Shown here piece after piece: positions 43,787 to 57,063 of a DNA stretch of 64,000 bases. The translations under genes and the position numbers were made by a program. The notes under the pieces are model-generated. The model was not told the origin of the DNA, searched no databases, and worked only from the letters and a program-made list of their open reading frames with translations. Source of the DNA: Cycas panzhihuaensis. Its lineage: Eukaryota > Plantae > Cycadophyta. The stretch's first letter is position 1. Every line of letters starts with the position of its first letter. The DNA lies in the NCBI GenBank assembly GCA_023213395.1, contig CM041465.1, positions 200,391,741 to 200,455,740 on the forward strand, written 5' to 3'.

Positions 43787-44204
43787 TTTATTTATTTATT
43801 TATTCTCCCTCTCTTTTTTTTGAGTTTTAGCAATATTTTAGATTTTCTTTTTCTTTTTTTTTAATCAGGGTATTTACATTAGTTTATACTCATCCTAGAG
43901 TGAGAGATCCATTGTTAGGAGTGGATATGACTACCATAGATTAGACTCTTTAGTAGGTGAATTTTTAAAGTCATAATTTACTCTCATTATGGAGAGAGAT
44001 ATCCATCCCTAGGGGTAGATATAACTACCATAGTTTAAACTCTTTAGTAGGTGGATTTATTAGATTCATAGTTTATTCTCATTACAAAGAAAGAGAATGC
44101 CCCTAAGAAAAGGTCTTAAGGGAAGGGTAGATTATTTTAGTATGAATTCAAAGCAACAAATGCCTCCATCTTATCATCACTAGGCTATAAGTGATGGTAA
44201 TTAA

Positions 44205-44585
44205 CTATATGAGAAACAAGTGAGTTGACTTTAATATTTTGGGTTCTTATGATGTGTTGAATAGTGACTAATATAAATTATACTAATGAAGAGGTTACAA
44301 TAGTAAGCAAATAACATTAGTGGCTTAACTAAGTTTGATAATCAAGAGTGAGTTGGTACACCATGATTTGAGAATCTAAAAATAGATTGATGTGTTCATC
44401 ATAGAAGTTAAGAACATTAGTAAGAGCTCCAATGATAGCTAGATATTCTACTATATTGTTAGTTGCTTATGGTATGAGGAAATTAACACTAGTGAGAATA
44501 GTCCCCCCCCATGTTCACGAATGACCCATACTACAACAAAAACCCTTAAGTTCCCTCAACTCCCACTGTTAGTATAGATGTTCAA
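44205..44585 (-). pseudogene. G2 additional RNase HI domain (aRH) downstream of integrase
   Basis: Minus-strand translation LNIYTNSGS*GN...ATNNIVEYLAIIGALTNVL...LFLDSQIMVYQL...QHIIRTQNIKVNSL; homologous to G1 aRH. Confidence 0.8.
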
Positions 44586-45999
44586 AGCCATAATAGGGAA
44601 GGAAAAAAAAACATAAAAACATGCTAACAAATGAGGAGAAGGTATGGGAATCAACTATCAAGGGTGTGACCTAGCCTAAATAACTCAATCTAGAGGAGTA
44701 AAAGATAGAGACCCCATGGTTTGGTTTCATCATGATGACTACCTTTTCTAAATCTAATATATAACCTCTTATGTATCAAATAGATTTTGATTATAATTAG
44801 TGTTATAGTAGGCCAAGTAATTGGATCTAAATTTTCTAAATGATGTATATAACTAGATCTAAATTATATGTTATAGGTGGGGATAAAATTAACACGTAGC
44901 TTACCCTAGATACCAGGAGGATGTTAATATCTATATACATGATTTTTTTCTTTATTTTTATGGGACAGTATTGATCCATATGATGGTTCAAATAAGGGTT
45001 ATGATGAACCTGGCATTGTTGAACCTACTTTTTGGATGATGAATCTCATATGTTCTCATGCCTGCTAAGGGACAGATTACTATAATTGTCATATGATTTT
45101 CATTGAGGTGTAGTGGATGGAGATGACTAAATAACTTTAGAGAGTATAGTTATGATTAAGAAAACCATGGGGTGTTAAAACCCAAGATAGTATATACAAT
45201 TAAATAGACTAAGGTCACAACATTAAGAGTTGAACTACGGGTATTTATAGGATGTTTGATCAAAGTGTCTCTAAGGGCTAAAGGGGAGGCCTTGAACAAC
45301 TAACTACTATGGAGTAAGATGGGTATAACCAATGGGGTTTACTTTAGCATTGAGTACATAATGGTCAAAGAGGAAAAAATATAAGCTAAGATCACTCACA
45401 TGATAAGAGTTTAATTTTTTAAAAGATAACCTATAAGCTCTAAAGGGTGGATGAAGAGACTATTGAATGGTTAACTTAGTAGTTGACCATGAGCTAAAAT
45501 GTCCTTTAATTATTGAAAGAGTAAAGGGTATTATTCATTGATTAACTAAAACAAGAAAATATGATAGCGAAAAAAGTGAAAGGAGTTGCTCAGGTAGAGT
45601 GTGGTACCAAATGGAGAAATCAAATACTTGGATTTATGACTAAGGATCACTATACTAAACTAAGTCAAAGAAAGGATAAAGACTTAGGGAGCTTAAGTCA
45701 AATAACGAGGTTAAAAAGGGGTAAGGGATAAGCCTATTTTTATTGTTTTGAGGTTTTATAATTTTTTTATATTTTTGATAAATGACATATATCTATTTAG
45801 TTTATACTCAATTTCAAAGTGGTATCCCTAAGTACAAGACTTATGGGGAATAGAAGTGTTTAAACTACCATAGTTTAAGCTCATTAGTTGGAGAGGTTTT
45901 TCAGAGCTATAGTTTAAGCTCATTATGGAGCATGGAAGAACTTGGCTAAGCATAATATTTTCTTAGAAAATGAGAGTTAACTAGCTTTTAGAATTTAAA

Positions 46000-48720
46000 T
46001 CCATTAAGAGTAAAGAGATGATAAGCCTCATTGTTGAAGTCTTTAATGACTAGATAAGGGCCTACCCATTTAAAATTAAATTTTTATTATTTCTCATATA
46101 AATATTCAAGCTTAAATATTTTTTCTCCTACATGAAATTTCCTTTATTTTAAATAATGATCGTGAGCTACTTGAGCTCAATCTTTTGAGGCCAAGTTCTT
46201 TTGATGGGCTTCAAGTTAGGTCTCATCTATTTTTTAAGTTCTAATAACCTTGCCTCTCTTAGCCACTCCTCATTGGTGAAATGATTAAGTGAGACCTTCA
46301 ATTGATAGATTTCTATTTCTAATGGGATTACAACTTTAGTCCCATAGACTAATGAGAATAGGATCATCCTAATTACATTTTTTATGGAAGTGTGATAACC
46401 CCATAAGGTAAGAAAAGGTTAAGTGTGTTAATCTTACTAGGAGTTAACAATTATTTTAGCCAATATCTTTGTCAAAGTTTTATTAAAGGTTTCAATTTAA
46501 CCATTTACTTGTGTTAGTAGGAGGATGATATCCTTGATGTGATGTGAAACTTGTCAAAAATATCATCAATATAAGACTTATAAAATAAAGTTCTATTATC
46601 TATAATGATGATATCAGGGACACCAAATTTATAAATGATATATTAAAAGATGAAAGTGGCAATCACTTTCATAGTTATGACAGAGAAGGGAGCTACCTCA
46701 CTCTATTTTATGAAGTATTTTATTATAGTTAAGATAAACTTATGACCCATAAAATATGGGGGTTAAATTTATCTAATAAGGTCAAGGGCCCATTAGGAAA
46801 AAGGCCATGGGGCCAAGATTGATCTAAGTGAGATAACTAGTTGATAAATTAAGGAAGAGTGTACTTAGCATTTCTCACACTTTTGCACATGTAAATATGC
46901 ATCTTTAAATAGGGTATGCTAATAATATCCCATTCAAAGGATGCATAATATTATGGGCTAGTTACCAAAGTGGCCACCAAAAATGTCATCACAAAACTCA
47001 ATTTAGGGTGACTTGAGCTTTATAAGGTAAAAGATAATATAATAAAACCCTATTAAAGGAACATTTATATAATACATTATCTAAGAGGAGGTATTGGTGA
47101 GTGGAGGCTCTCACCCTCCTCCTCTTCTTAGAATTAGTATTAGGAGGGTATATTTAGTATGAGAGGTAAGCTTAAATATCTTTATACTAGTCTAGGTTAG
47201 TGGGAATAATGTCAACTTAAAGGATGTGTTCATATAAGAGTAAGTCATTGACACCAATAAAATTATGGTTAGGGAGTGGTATTATAATAAGCTACTCAAC
47301 AATGATCACTTACTTTTTCAACATATGGTTGATCATCCATAAGCCAAACTCTTACAATAGTAAGGCCCATCTACCAGCTCATTTAGTAAGGTCAATCTTG
47401 GTGAGGAGAAGATGAATTAGATTAGATTATACGATCACAAGTGTAGTATTGCCTAATAGGTAATGTCATAACATTTTGGTGGCATAAGCCAAAGATAAAT
47501 ACACTCTTTTAGATGGAGAGTAGTTAAGCTCTATAGTAACCAAAGTATAACTGATAAAGTAAATAGCTTGCTCTCTTATAAACGCATCTTCTTTAGCTAA
47601 CATAACGCCAAGAGATTCCTCCATAGAAGAAGTATATAAAATGAATGATTTGTTAAAGGATGATGGGGCATGTGTAGGAGCTAAGATTAAACCTTGTTTA
47701 AGTTTTTTAAAAGATTCTTGGGTAGTTGCAGTCCATTCAATAGAAGTACCTTTTTTGAGAAGGATAGTTAGGGGTTTATTATTGAGAGCAAAATTAGTAA
47801 GAAACAAGCATAAAATGCCAAGCCTCCCTGGGAAGGACTTGTCTTATTTTTGGGTATTAGGGTGGAGGGGGGTGGATTTCAATGATAGCTATCACTTTGT
47901 CAAGATCAAACTTGGTACCATCTATGGTTACAATGTTGTCAAGCATCTTTCTATAAGTTATTACAAAGATGCATTTGTTGGGATTTAAGCAAACTTGATA
48001 TTTTTAGCATCATTGAAAGATAGTTCTAAGATCATGGATATGATCTTCATGATGATGTGATAGGCCCAACATATCATTAACATAGAATTCTATAGTACTC
48101 CATAATAGGTCATGAAAAATAAAACCATAGCCTATTAATTAGTTGTACTAGCATTTTTTTGGCCAAATGGCATGACCTTATAAACAAATGTACACCATGG
48201 TATGATGAAAGTAATCTTATAGTGGTATTTGGGAGAAATAAAGATCTAATTATATCCTAAAAATTTGTCCATAAGGGACATCATTTTAAAACCAACTATT
48301 TGATCCCAAATTTGATCAATAAAAGGTAGTGAAAAGTTATCCTTAGGGTAGGAACCATTTACATCTTAAAAATCAATGCAAATTTGAATAAAACCCTTTT
48401 TTTTTCCCTATGGAAACAATATTATATACCCATTAGGAGTAGTTAGTAGACTCGATGAATCTTACCCTTATGAGATTTTCTACCTCTTGTTTGATGGAAA
48501 TGGAAAGTTAAGGATGAATGGGTCTCTATTTTTGACATTTAGGTTTGGCCATAGTGATAGTAGTGATGTTATGAACCCCAACATATGGATGAAGGCCCTT
48601 CATGTCTAAGTAATCCTAATCAAAAATAGAGGAAATTTTGATGGAAAGATCATGTAATTGTTCCACTTCTAAAGGAAAATAACTAGTGCCAACCTTAATT
48701 ATTTTAGTCTCCTCCTAAGT
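46000..48720 (-). pseudogene. G2 RT-RNase H-integrase, decayed
   Basis: PKDNFSLPFIDQI; YKVMPFGQKNA; FYVNDML (YVDD); LYTSSMEESLGVML; ELNYS; GHFG; CEKC; PWPFS*WALDL; NG*IETFNKTL; FSLVYG; KWVGPY. Confidence 0.9.
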
Positions 48721-49379
48721 TCCTAAGCTGACATCAATGGTATCTTCAACTCGAATGGTAGTTCCTTCTTCAAAATAAGGGGGGACTAGATTAAGTAAAA
48801 CTAATGGATCAATGGCCTTATAGTCACAAGTTTATAAAGGTGGGTTAGACTATATGCATTTAGCAAAACTAAGTTTATGATTATTTGGTGAAGATTAGGA
48901 GAAGATCTTGTTAAATATTTGAGAATGGCCTCATCATTCTCAAAATAATCCAAATAGAGGACACTCTCATAGTGGGAGTGGTGATCACAAGAAGAAGCAT
49001 GAGATAATTGGCTCAAAGGGGTTCACTCTAGTGATAAAGAAGACTGAGGTGAAAGGGATAATATCTATAAGGGTAGATTCCATTTGTAAAAGAGTTCTTT
49101 AGATAGGAAAACTTTAAACAAGTTGTGCTAGGAGATCAAATTAGGACTCCACACTTGGTTAGGATACATTATGACTAGAAGTGTTTAGTAATTAAAGATG
49201 AAGTTCTAATTGATTTATCATATAGAAAGGTAGTGGTAATTATATGAATTGGTTTCACTTTCCCATGACTAGGTTGAAGCATAGATTCTATGTCAAAATA
49301 ATAACCAAATCCTAAGAGATAAAAGGGGATGGAGACTTTTCTTCCTCTTGGATGGTTTCAACCAGTAAGATAGATTTCT

Positions 49380-49720
49380 GAATAGGCCTATTCTTACCAA
49401 CAAATAATAAAGAATAAACTATTGACATTTGACTAATCTAAGATTAGCCAAAAAGCATGTTGAACTCAAGATCGAAATCAATAATGGTGACCTTTTCCAT
49501 AATAGTCTTACCCATTAAAGTAAGAGGGAGAGTGACTTAGCCAATTGGATTTTTCTTATCCTTATCATAACCTTGATAAACCTAATTGGAAAGCTCATAA
49601 GGTAAAATGTCCAAGTCCTCTGGGAAGCACAAGGGGATAATGTTAACAAAGGAGCCTTCATCTAGTATGCACACCTTAATCTTAATATTATCCTTCATTA
49701 TTTTAATGTATAAAGGAGTG
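49380..49720 (-). pseudogene. G2 protease remnant
   Basis: ILDEGSFVNIIP ... DFDLEFNMLF on the minus strand. Confidence 0.75.
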
Positions 49721-50649
49721 GTCTTGATATGATTTCTTTATTCTTCGTTGGGCAACATGGTAGGGTCAAAATCCAAGCTAGGGTTTTTGGGAAAACTAGG
49801 CCTAAGGACCCTAAGGGTGTCTAAAAGAAGTTACATTTTATTAGGGTAACATTTTAAGAGGTCAATGATAAAGATCCTAGCAAGAATAGTTTTTAACACC
49901 TCTAAAAAGTGAGAAAAAACCTTTTTTAGTAAGTTATAGTATAGACCTAAAGTGAATAGGCATGATTAATAACTAAGGAGGGGAGTCTAAAGACTTATCC
50001 TTATGTGGAGAGTCCATGTCATAGGGTTTGGCTAAGGTGGATGCTCTAAAAGCTTATCCTATATTAATGGTCTTCTTCAGTGCTTCCCTTTTCACAGATT
50101 GTTTATTTTAAGTATTGACTTTCTTAGGTTTATTCCTCTTAGGGGGACAGCTCTTAGGTGGAGGCTTAGAGTTAAAATCTAAAGAGTTATTATCATCTTG
50201 GGCTTTGGCCTTGCCCTTGTCTTTAGGTGACTCCTTGGTATGGTGAGACAATGGATCTTTATGAATCAATTAGTTTTACTTAGGTCTAGAATTAGGTTTC
50301 TCATTAACTTGACCATGATGAAGGATAGCCTTAAGCTTATTATACTTTTCTCAATCTTGAGTGTCTATTTGGCGATAAGAGAAACATGGTACCTTCTTAG
50401 GAGGAATAGTATTTGGAGCTTGGCCCTTTTTTTATTTGATAAATTAAATAACTTTTTCTTCCTATTTAGCTTTAAGTTTGGGAGTAAGGTCAACCTATAA
50501 TTTAGTGTTTATTCATCTTTCAAGGGATTGAATAATGAAAGTGAGGTGATCATATGTACAATTACTTTAAGGCATTTTAGACTATTAAAGCAGTAAATTT
50601 ATCTTTAGAGGTAGATAATTTAAATAGTTTCTTGATGCTTGCTTGAACC

Positions 50650-51130
50650 TTAAAGGCCTTAAAAGTAAGGCACTTCTTGATTACATCCTTGTATGATGTA
50701 GGTATTAACTTAGGACCCTAAGGTGAACCTAAGGTCTCAAGTCACTAGTGAATAAGCCATAAAGTAAGTTCTCATCTAAGGGAGCTTCAGAGGCATGGAC
50801 TAGGCCTTGGAAGTGATAAATAAAGTCGCATAAAGATTCCTTTACTTCTTGTTTGATGGATAATGAGAAATTTATCCCTATGTCAAAAGGGAAAGTGATG
50901 TCAAAGTAACTAATAAAAGGATCTACTAACTATTGGAAGGAGTAGATAGATATGGCCTTTAACCAGTAGAACCAATTTAAAGCATTAGCTTAAAGGGTTT
51001 TAGAAAAGAGTCACATCATCACAAAATCATAGGGTAAATAATTGATACATGCAAGTGTGAAGGCCTAAACATGAGTAATTTGATCTTGGGTTGATTTGCT
51101 TGTGAATTTAGGTAGCTCAAGAATAAAAGG
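50650..51130 (-). pseudogene. G2 gag core remnant
   Basis: LPKFTSKSTQDQITHV*AFTLACINY..LFSKTL*ANALNWF..ISIYSFQ*LVDPF. Confidence 0.85.
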
Positions 51131-52498
51131 AGGAAGTGGAAAATAAAAGATCTCTTACAAAAAGGGACTCCTTCTATAATCTAGACATGACCTCTTAGGC
51201 CTTAGTGAAAAGGAAGGTTGAGGTGCAGCTTAAGTATAGTCCTGATGCCTTATTACCTTAACATAAGCATGATTCATGGGATAAGATGGATGAGGATGAT
51301 TTCTCATAAATCCAAAATAAGGTATGGTAGGAATTTAAGACATGGGTGCCACTTGGGATAAGAGGCCTCCTAAGTGATAGGTTATATGGGGAGGATATGA
51401 CCCATAACTAACAAGTTAGCCAGAGTGACCTTGTTAGTTAGTTATAAGAGGTGGGCCATAAGTAGCCATGGGAACTTACCAAGGGTATAGAACATATGGT
51501 TGTGGGATTTATTAACCAACTCTTGACATGTATGGAGGCTACGAGGGATGGTCAAGTGAAGATAGTTGAGGAGTAGATACTAAGTAAGATGGTTATATGT
51601 TTGGGTAACTTGAATAAAAGGGTTACTCTATGAGAGGTGATTCTTCCTAATGGGAGGAGGTACACCTCCAAGTAGTGGAGGTTAGATAGGTTGATGTGAA
51701 AGCAAAGGGCTAGATGAACTGCCCTGAGTGGGGAGAACAAGTCTCTCTTGAGGACCCATTTTAAAGGTCTTTAAAGGAAGAATTAATTGCCAAGCCATGA
51801 AATATATAATATGGGGGTCTTAAGGATGGCCATTGGGGTCAATAGTTGATGAAGAGGGTTAGGGTGTAAGCATATGGTCTCCCTACTCTTGGGTAGCAAT
51901 GTATTAGCCAATATAGGTTGGGGTGACAGGGCCTAAAGCTTGCTCGAAAGGATATGCCATCATAGGTAAGGGTTATGTTATGAATGATTCATGTCCCTCA
52001 TCATGTGGGATGAGTCCCTCATGATCCACTTAGTAAATATGGCTATACATGGTAACTCCTTTAAAAGAGACATTTCAAAATAGATGAAGAGTTTCTCTCA
52101 TAAGAATCTCATATAGAAGTGGCTCTTCCTTATACTCAAAAGGATAATTGATATCTAGAATCCTAATTAGGGCATAAAGAATGGGGATTAAGGTCTCATA
52201 ACCTTCATGAAATGTAAGGTTAGAAGAAATAGAATATGAGGATGGACCTTCAAGGAGAAGGTTAACAAGTGTCTTAGATTACCTAAGATGCATATGAAAG
52301 AGATCCATGGGGAGTATGAATAAAACATACAAGTGTAGGACAAAGAAAGAGGGAAATGGGCAAAAAGAAAAGGTTCTCTCAAAGTGGAAGATGGAGTGTG
52401 ATCAATGAGAGAAAAGAGTGTGCAATGGATGTCTTTATAGACTAATAACGTTAGAGTAACTAGGAAGTTTTAGAAACTCCCTAGTATGGTTGCTAAAA

Positions 52499-55400
52499 TG
52501 GTTCTAGAGACTAGGGTCAAGTCACCTAATAAGACTCAAGATAAACTATTCAAGATGAGCGTAGGGTAACAAGGTCGATATGACTCAAGGGGAATCCTTG
52601 ACCCTTCTCTTAATAAGAAGGAATGAGTCCCTAATTATGTGTTGAATGAATATATATAAGTTTTCAATTTCTTTTTGGTAATTTTAATATTTACATATTA
52701 AATTAAGGAAAACTAAGTAGTACACGCCTAAGCTAAAAAAAGAAACAAAAAAATAACCCAATCCGAACAAATAAGCAAATATTGCTCTTTTTTATTAGAG
52801 AAAAGATCAAACAACCTTTGATCAGGTAGGATGATTAATGAGGAGATCCTACCCTTGAATGAACAACCTAGAGCTTCCTAATTATCTACCCCCCTAAGGT
52901 TTTTCTAAAAGAAAATGTCCTAACTCAAACTATTATCCCATCCAAAGGTTCAAAAGTATACATAAAACTAATCTAAAGTGTGGGAGGATTAATAAGTGTA
53001 AGGACCCAATAGATCTTAGACCCTTGATTAATAATTGATTCAATCACTGGGGTCTCTCTCGCCTAATGATGATCCCCCCATAAGGATAAATGGCCCAAGG
53101 ATGCACACATCTAATTCTATGAGGTCCTTACATATAATAATAAAATAAGATAAAGAAGAAAGGTTGTTCTTAACCTAAAGTATGATGAGAAACCAATGCC
53201 TTTAGTGTTTAAAATATGATAAGAAAAAATAAATCTTAAATGAGAGGAAGTTTGTATGTCAGAGGTGTCAAGTTCCAATGAATCAAATGACCCTTCATAT
53301 GAAAGGTATTTATCCCTAGGAAAGGAGAAGTTTGATATGTTGGGGATGTCAAGTCCTAGTCAATCAATTAAGCATTAAACAAATGGACAAAACCTAGCCT
53401 AGGGGTTCCACCTAATAAGTAATCAACAAGTAACCTTAAGTATAAAACTAAAATGTCATTTTGATTTTTTATGTAAACAGGCAAACAATAAATCAACTCA
53501 AATAACCACCCAAAAGAACCAACCCATCACAATGTAATCATAACTAATAAAAATAATTAAAGCATGCACTTTATTTTCTCCTTTTTTTTTTTAAATATAT
53601 TTTTTATATTCAAAAGAAACAAGAAATAAAAATGATATCTAACATACCTATAAGGAATGAGAGAAGCAAGAGTTCTTTGAATGTACTTATAGTTATTCTA
53701 GTCACTCTTTTCTCCTATTATTAAAGGTAAAAAAGAATATGTCTCATTCAAGTAAAATATATGATTAAGTAATTCAACAAATATAATGATATCATTAAAT
53801 AATAATCTTCCTATTTGCCATTTTATTTTCTATTTATTTTTTTAAGATTTCTTTGCTAAATAAAAAAGTAGGACAATAAAAGAAGAAAAATGAATGAAGA
53901 AAGGACCAACCTTATAATTGTGAGCCACAAAAGTCTTATAATGATGTCCTTATTCTTCTAAACAATTCTCCAATATGAGAGAAGTGGTTGTAGTAGCTAC
54001 AATAGATATTAGGATCCATACAAAGGCAAGACTATACTAAAAAAACATCCTTTCTATAGTTGATAATACTCTTAAAACCACAATAGCCCTTAGGCTATAC
54101 TTAGGAGGCTATGTGAGAGAAAAGAGAGGGGCCAAATGAATCTTAGAACCTTATGGAAGAAGGGTTCAAACCACCAAATCTGATGCCCCTAAGCTAAGCC
54201 ACTCACCTCTCTAGTAAGCTCCTAAACATAAAAGTTCAGCGTATGGAGCTCTCATTAGCTCATGAGTAGGAATTTATAAACTTAGGAGTTCTCAACTCTA
54301 GAATCAAGACTTCAAGCAATGGAAAACTCTAAATAAGCAAAGAGAATAATGCAAGAAAGCCAATTTATGATGAAAATTAATTAAAATCTTAACCAAGTTT
54401 CCTTTTCACAACGAATCAGTAATAAACTTTGAGAGAAGTCTCAAATGAAATATACCAACTTACCAAACACCTGATGAGGATAAGAAGTTATGCCTTATAT
54501 TAGTATCTTGCTTATCTAACTCCTCCAAATCAGAGCTCTAAACTAGTTGCAAATGGCAAGAGAAGTAAGAAATAGGAGGAAGGGAGAAGCATAGAAGATG
54601 GCACTTAAAGAAGGAGGAGGGATATGAAGGGGAAAGGAACCTAAAGGAGGAACAAAGAAAGAAAAGAAGTAGATTCAACTCTAAGTCTTTTATTGGTCTA
54701 ATAAAGGGCTTCAAATTTATCTTTAGACAAGTCACCACAAGTTCTAAATAGAGCTCATAAGTGTGAGTTATAATTCCAACAACATTCCATTACTTCAAAT
54801 GATCTCCTCATCTTTGTTAAGAAAGATGATGAGATTCTATAGAGGAAAATAGAAGGAGAGAGGCCAAAAATAGTGGGGAGCCAGAGCTATAATTTACCAT
54901 AATTTAACATCTATATAATAGGGAAAAATAGCCTACCATTATATATATTTCTTTTATATGGAAAGTCAAAAATCTTAACTGATAACAAAAGACATAAGTA
55001 GTCAATGAAAAAGGTGACCAAAAATATACTAAAAATATGACTAAGAGAAGATCATATTTTTAGTTATACAAACATCATATTCTATAAAGAAAGACATATT
55101 TTTGGATAACACTAAAATATGACCTTTGATGGAAAATACGACTGATAAAAAAATTTAAATAGAGGATTTTCATTTTTAAAAATCACAAAAAATCAAAGAA
55201 AAACACATCACAAAGTCACGTCTTAAAGCAACAAAGTGTTAGTTAAAGTATAAAGATAAATTCTAAGGGAGAAAAACTAGTGCATGAAATAAAAACTATC
55301 AGATCAAAATTATACTGAAAGGATAAATGATAGAGGTGAGTTTGAGCTCTAAAGAAGGCTGGAATAAGTTAAGTTTGTAAGACACTTTTATGAATTTTAC

Positions 55401-55565
55401 ATCATTGGAAATTAGTGAAGCATAAGTACAATCAATATAAATTCATTTAGCTATAATACCAAGTAGTTACTAAATTAACATGTAGTCAAATAGTCAAACT
55501 ATAGCACTAAATGATAAGGTATGAGATACAATCAGTGTTAAAATAGGGCATAGTTAGCAGAAGTA
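52499..55565 (-). repeat. G2 5' LTR (~3.1 kb)
   Basis: Ends ...GAACCA + TTT + PBS on the minus strand; its start aligns with the 3' LTR fragment. Confidence 0.7.
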
Positions 55566-57063
55566 GTACCTTGCCCCCCTCTCGCACTATTATATCATAT
55601 GAAGCTAACTTCCTACTATCCCAAAATAATTTTGCCTTCTAGCTATCTAAAACGTGATCATAAGGGCTAACACCCTCTATCCTAGGGGTATGTCCTTTAT
55701 GTCTCTAATCATTTAGAGGTCTTCCCTATTATTGACCTAATAGTTTACCCTATTAGTTAGATATAGGTAGTCTTGTGATCATGCTCCATCTATTTGCATA
55801 GGGGAAACTCTCAGCTTCCTCCCTCATTCTAACATCCTAAAGATCCTATGGATATCACTAGGGGTAATCTAAAGGTCTTCTAATACATAAAATTTAGAAA
55901 CATTAGCCTCAATCACTCAATGGTTCACTAGATTTATGATCAGTCTAGTGTCTATGGCTAAAGTCTTAGTATAACATGCTCTAATGACCTAATACCTATG
56001 TAACATAACCTAATCACCATCCATTAGACCACCTTAAATCTCTTCAAATAAGTGTTTATCACTATACCTTGAATAGACATGTTAAACTCTCTACATCCAA
56101 GAATAATTTAATGAATCAATCCATCACAATATAAATAAGCCTCTTTTATCATCCACTCTCATTATATAGATAAAGTATTAACTTTTAGATGCAAATATTT
56201 TAGCCACAGTTGAAATTCTAATTTTGTTAAACTAACCACATTAAAATTTATATAACCTTATCAAATTCCTAATGACCTTGCCTATATTTTTATGAAATAT
56301 AGGAATTTAATGGGGCTAGTCTAATTTTGATGGACTAACCCTATAAAAATATAAGAGTTTAGAAAATTTAAAAATAAAAGAAATCAAGATATTTCAATGG
56401 TTGGAAATAATCCTATGGATATAGTAAGCTCTACCACTCTTAAATTACAAACAAAAAATGAGAGATTCATTCATTGTTTAGTTGAATTGAGTGATTTTTA
56501 ATTGTGAAAAACCCTTATTTTTAATTTATTTCATTTCTACAATTTTAAAAAATTACCATTGAAACTTACTAGATATGGCCTCATTGGGTCCATCGATAAC
56601 TTTGCTCTTGATTATAACTCACTGCATATCAAATGGTCCATTAATTAAGAAAATGTTTGGAAAAAATGAATAAGACTTTTCTCAATTTTATAGTTTCTCT
56701 TTTGAACTTCTTTCGTTAATTTTATGCTTGTTTAAACTCTAGTTTTTACAAATGTTTTTTCATTTGAGTCTTGTTTTTCTTATCTTCCTTATAAATATGC
56801 AAGATCTTGAATATCTCTTTACTCTAATTTGGTGAGTTATTTTGGCCCCTTTTTGCAACCCTTTTATATTAACTTCTATCTTTTTTACTAAAAATTCCAT
56901 GAGCCTAGTTGTTATCACATTGGTCCTTTATAGTCATTGGTGCCTAACCTTTTGTTGTCAGTTGTGCTTTTGTAGCTAGTTTTACTTTTATTTTCCATGG
57001 TTGGTAAAGATTAATTCATGCTCATCACACTACCAATAAAGTCTTAATCACTCTAAAATAACA

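Noticed and set aside
55566-55585. PPT-like tract outside the G2 5' LTR suggesting a tandem element
   Set aside because: Separated from the LTR by about 5 extra nt, and the adjoining sequence does not resemble the G2 3' region at 40014 onward; probably target sequence.
55590-57060. Unassigned AT-rich segment (also 29640-30750 and 31300-32590)
   Set aside because: Probably old repeat debris; no motif, ORF or terminus that I can support.
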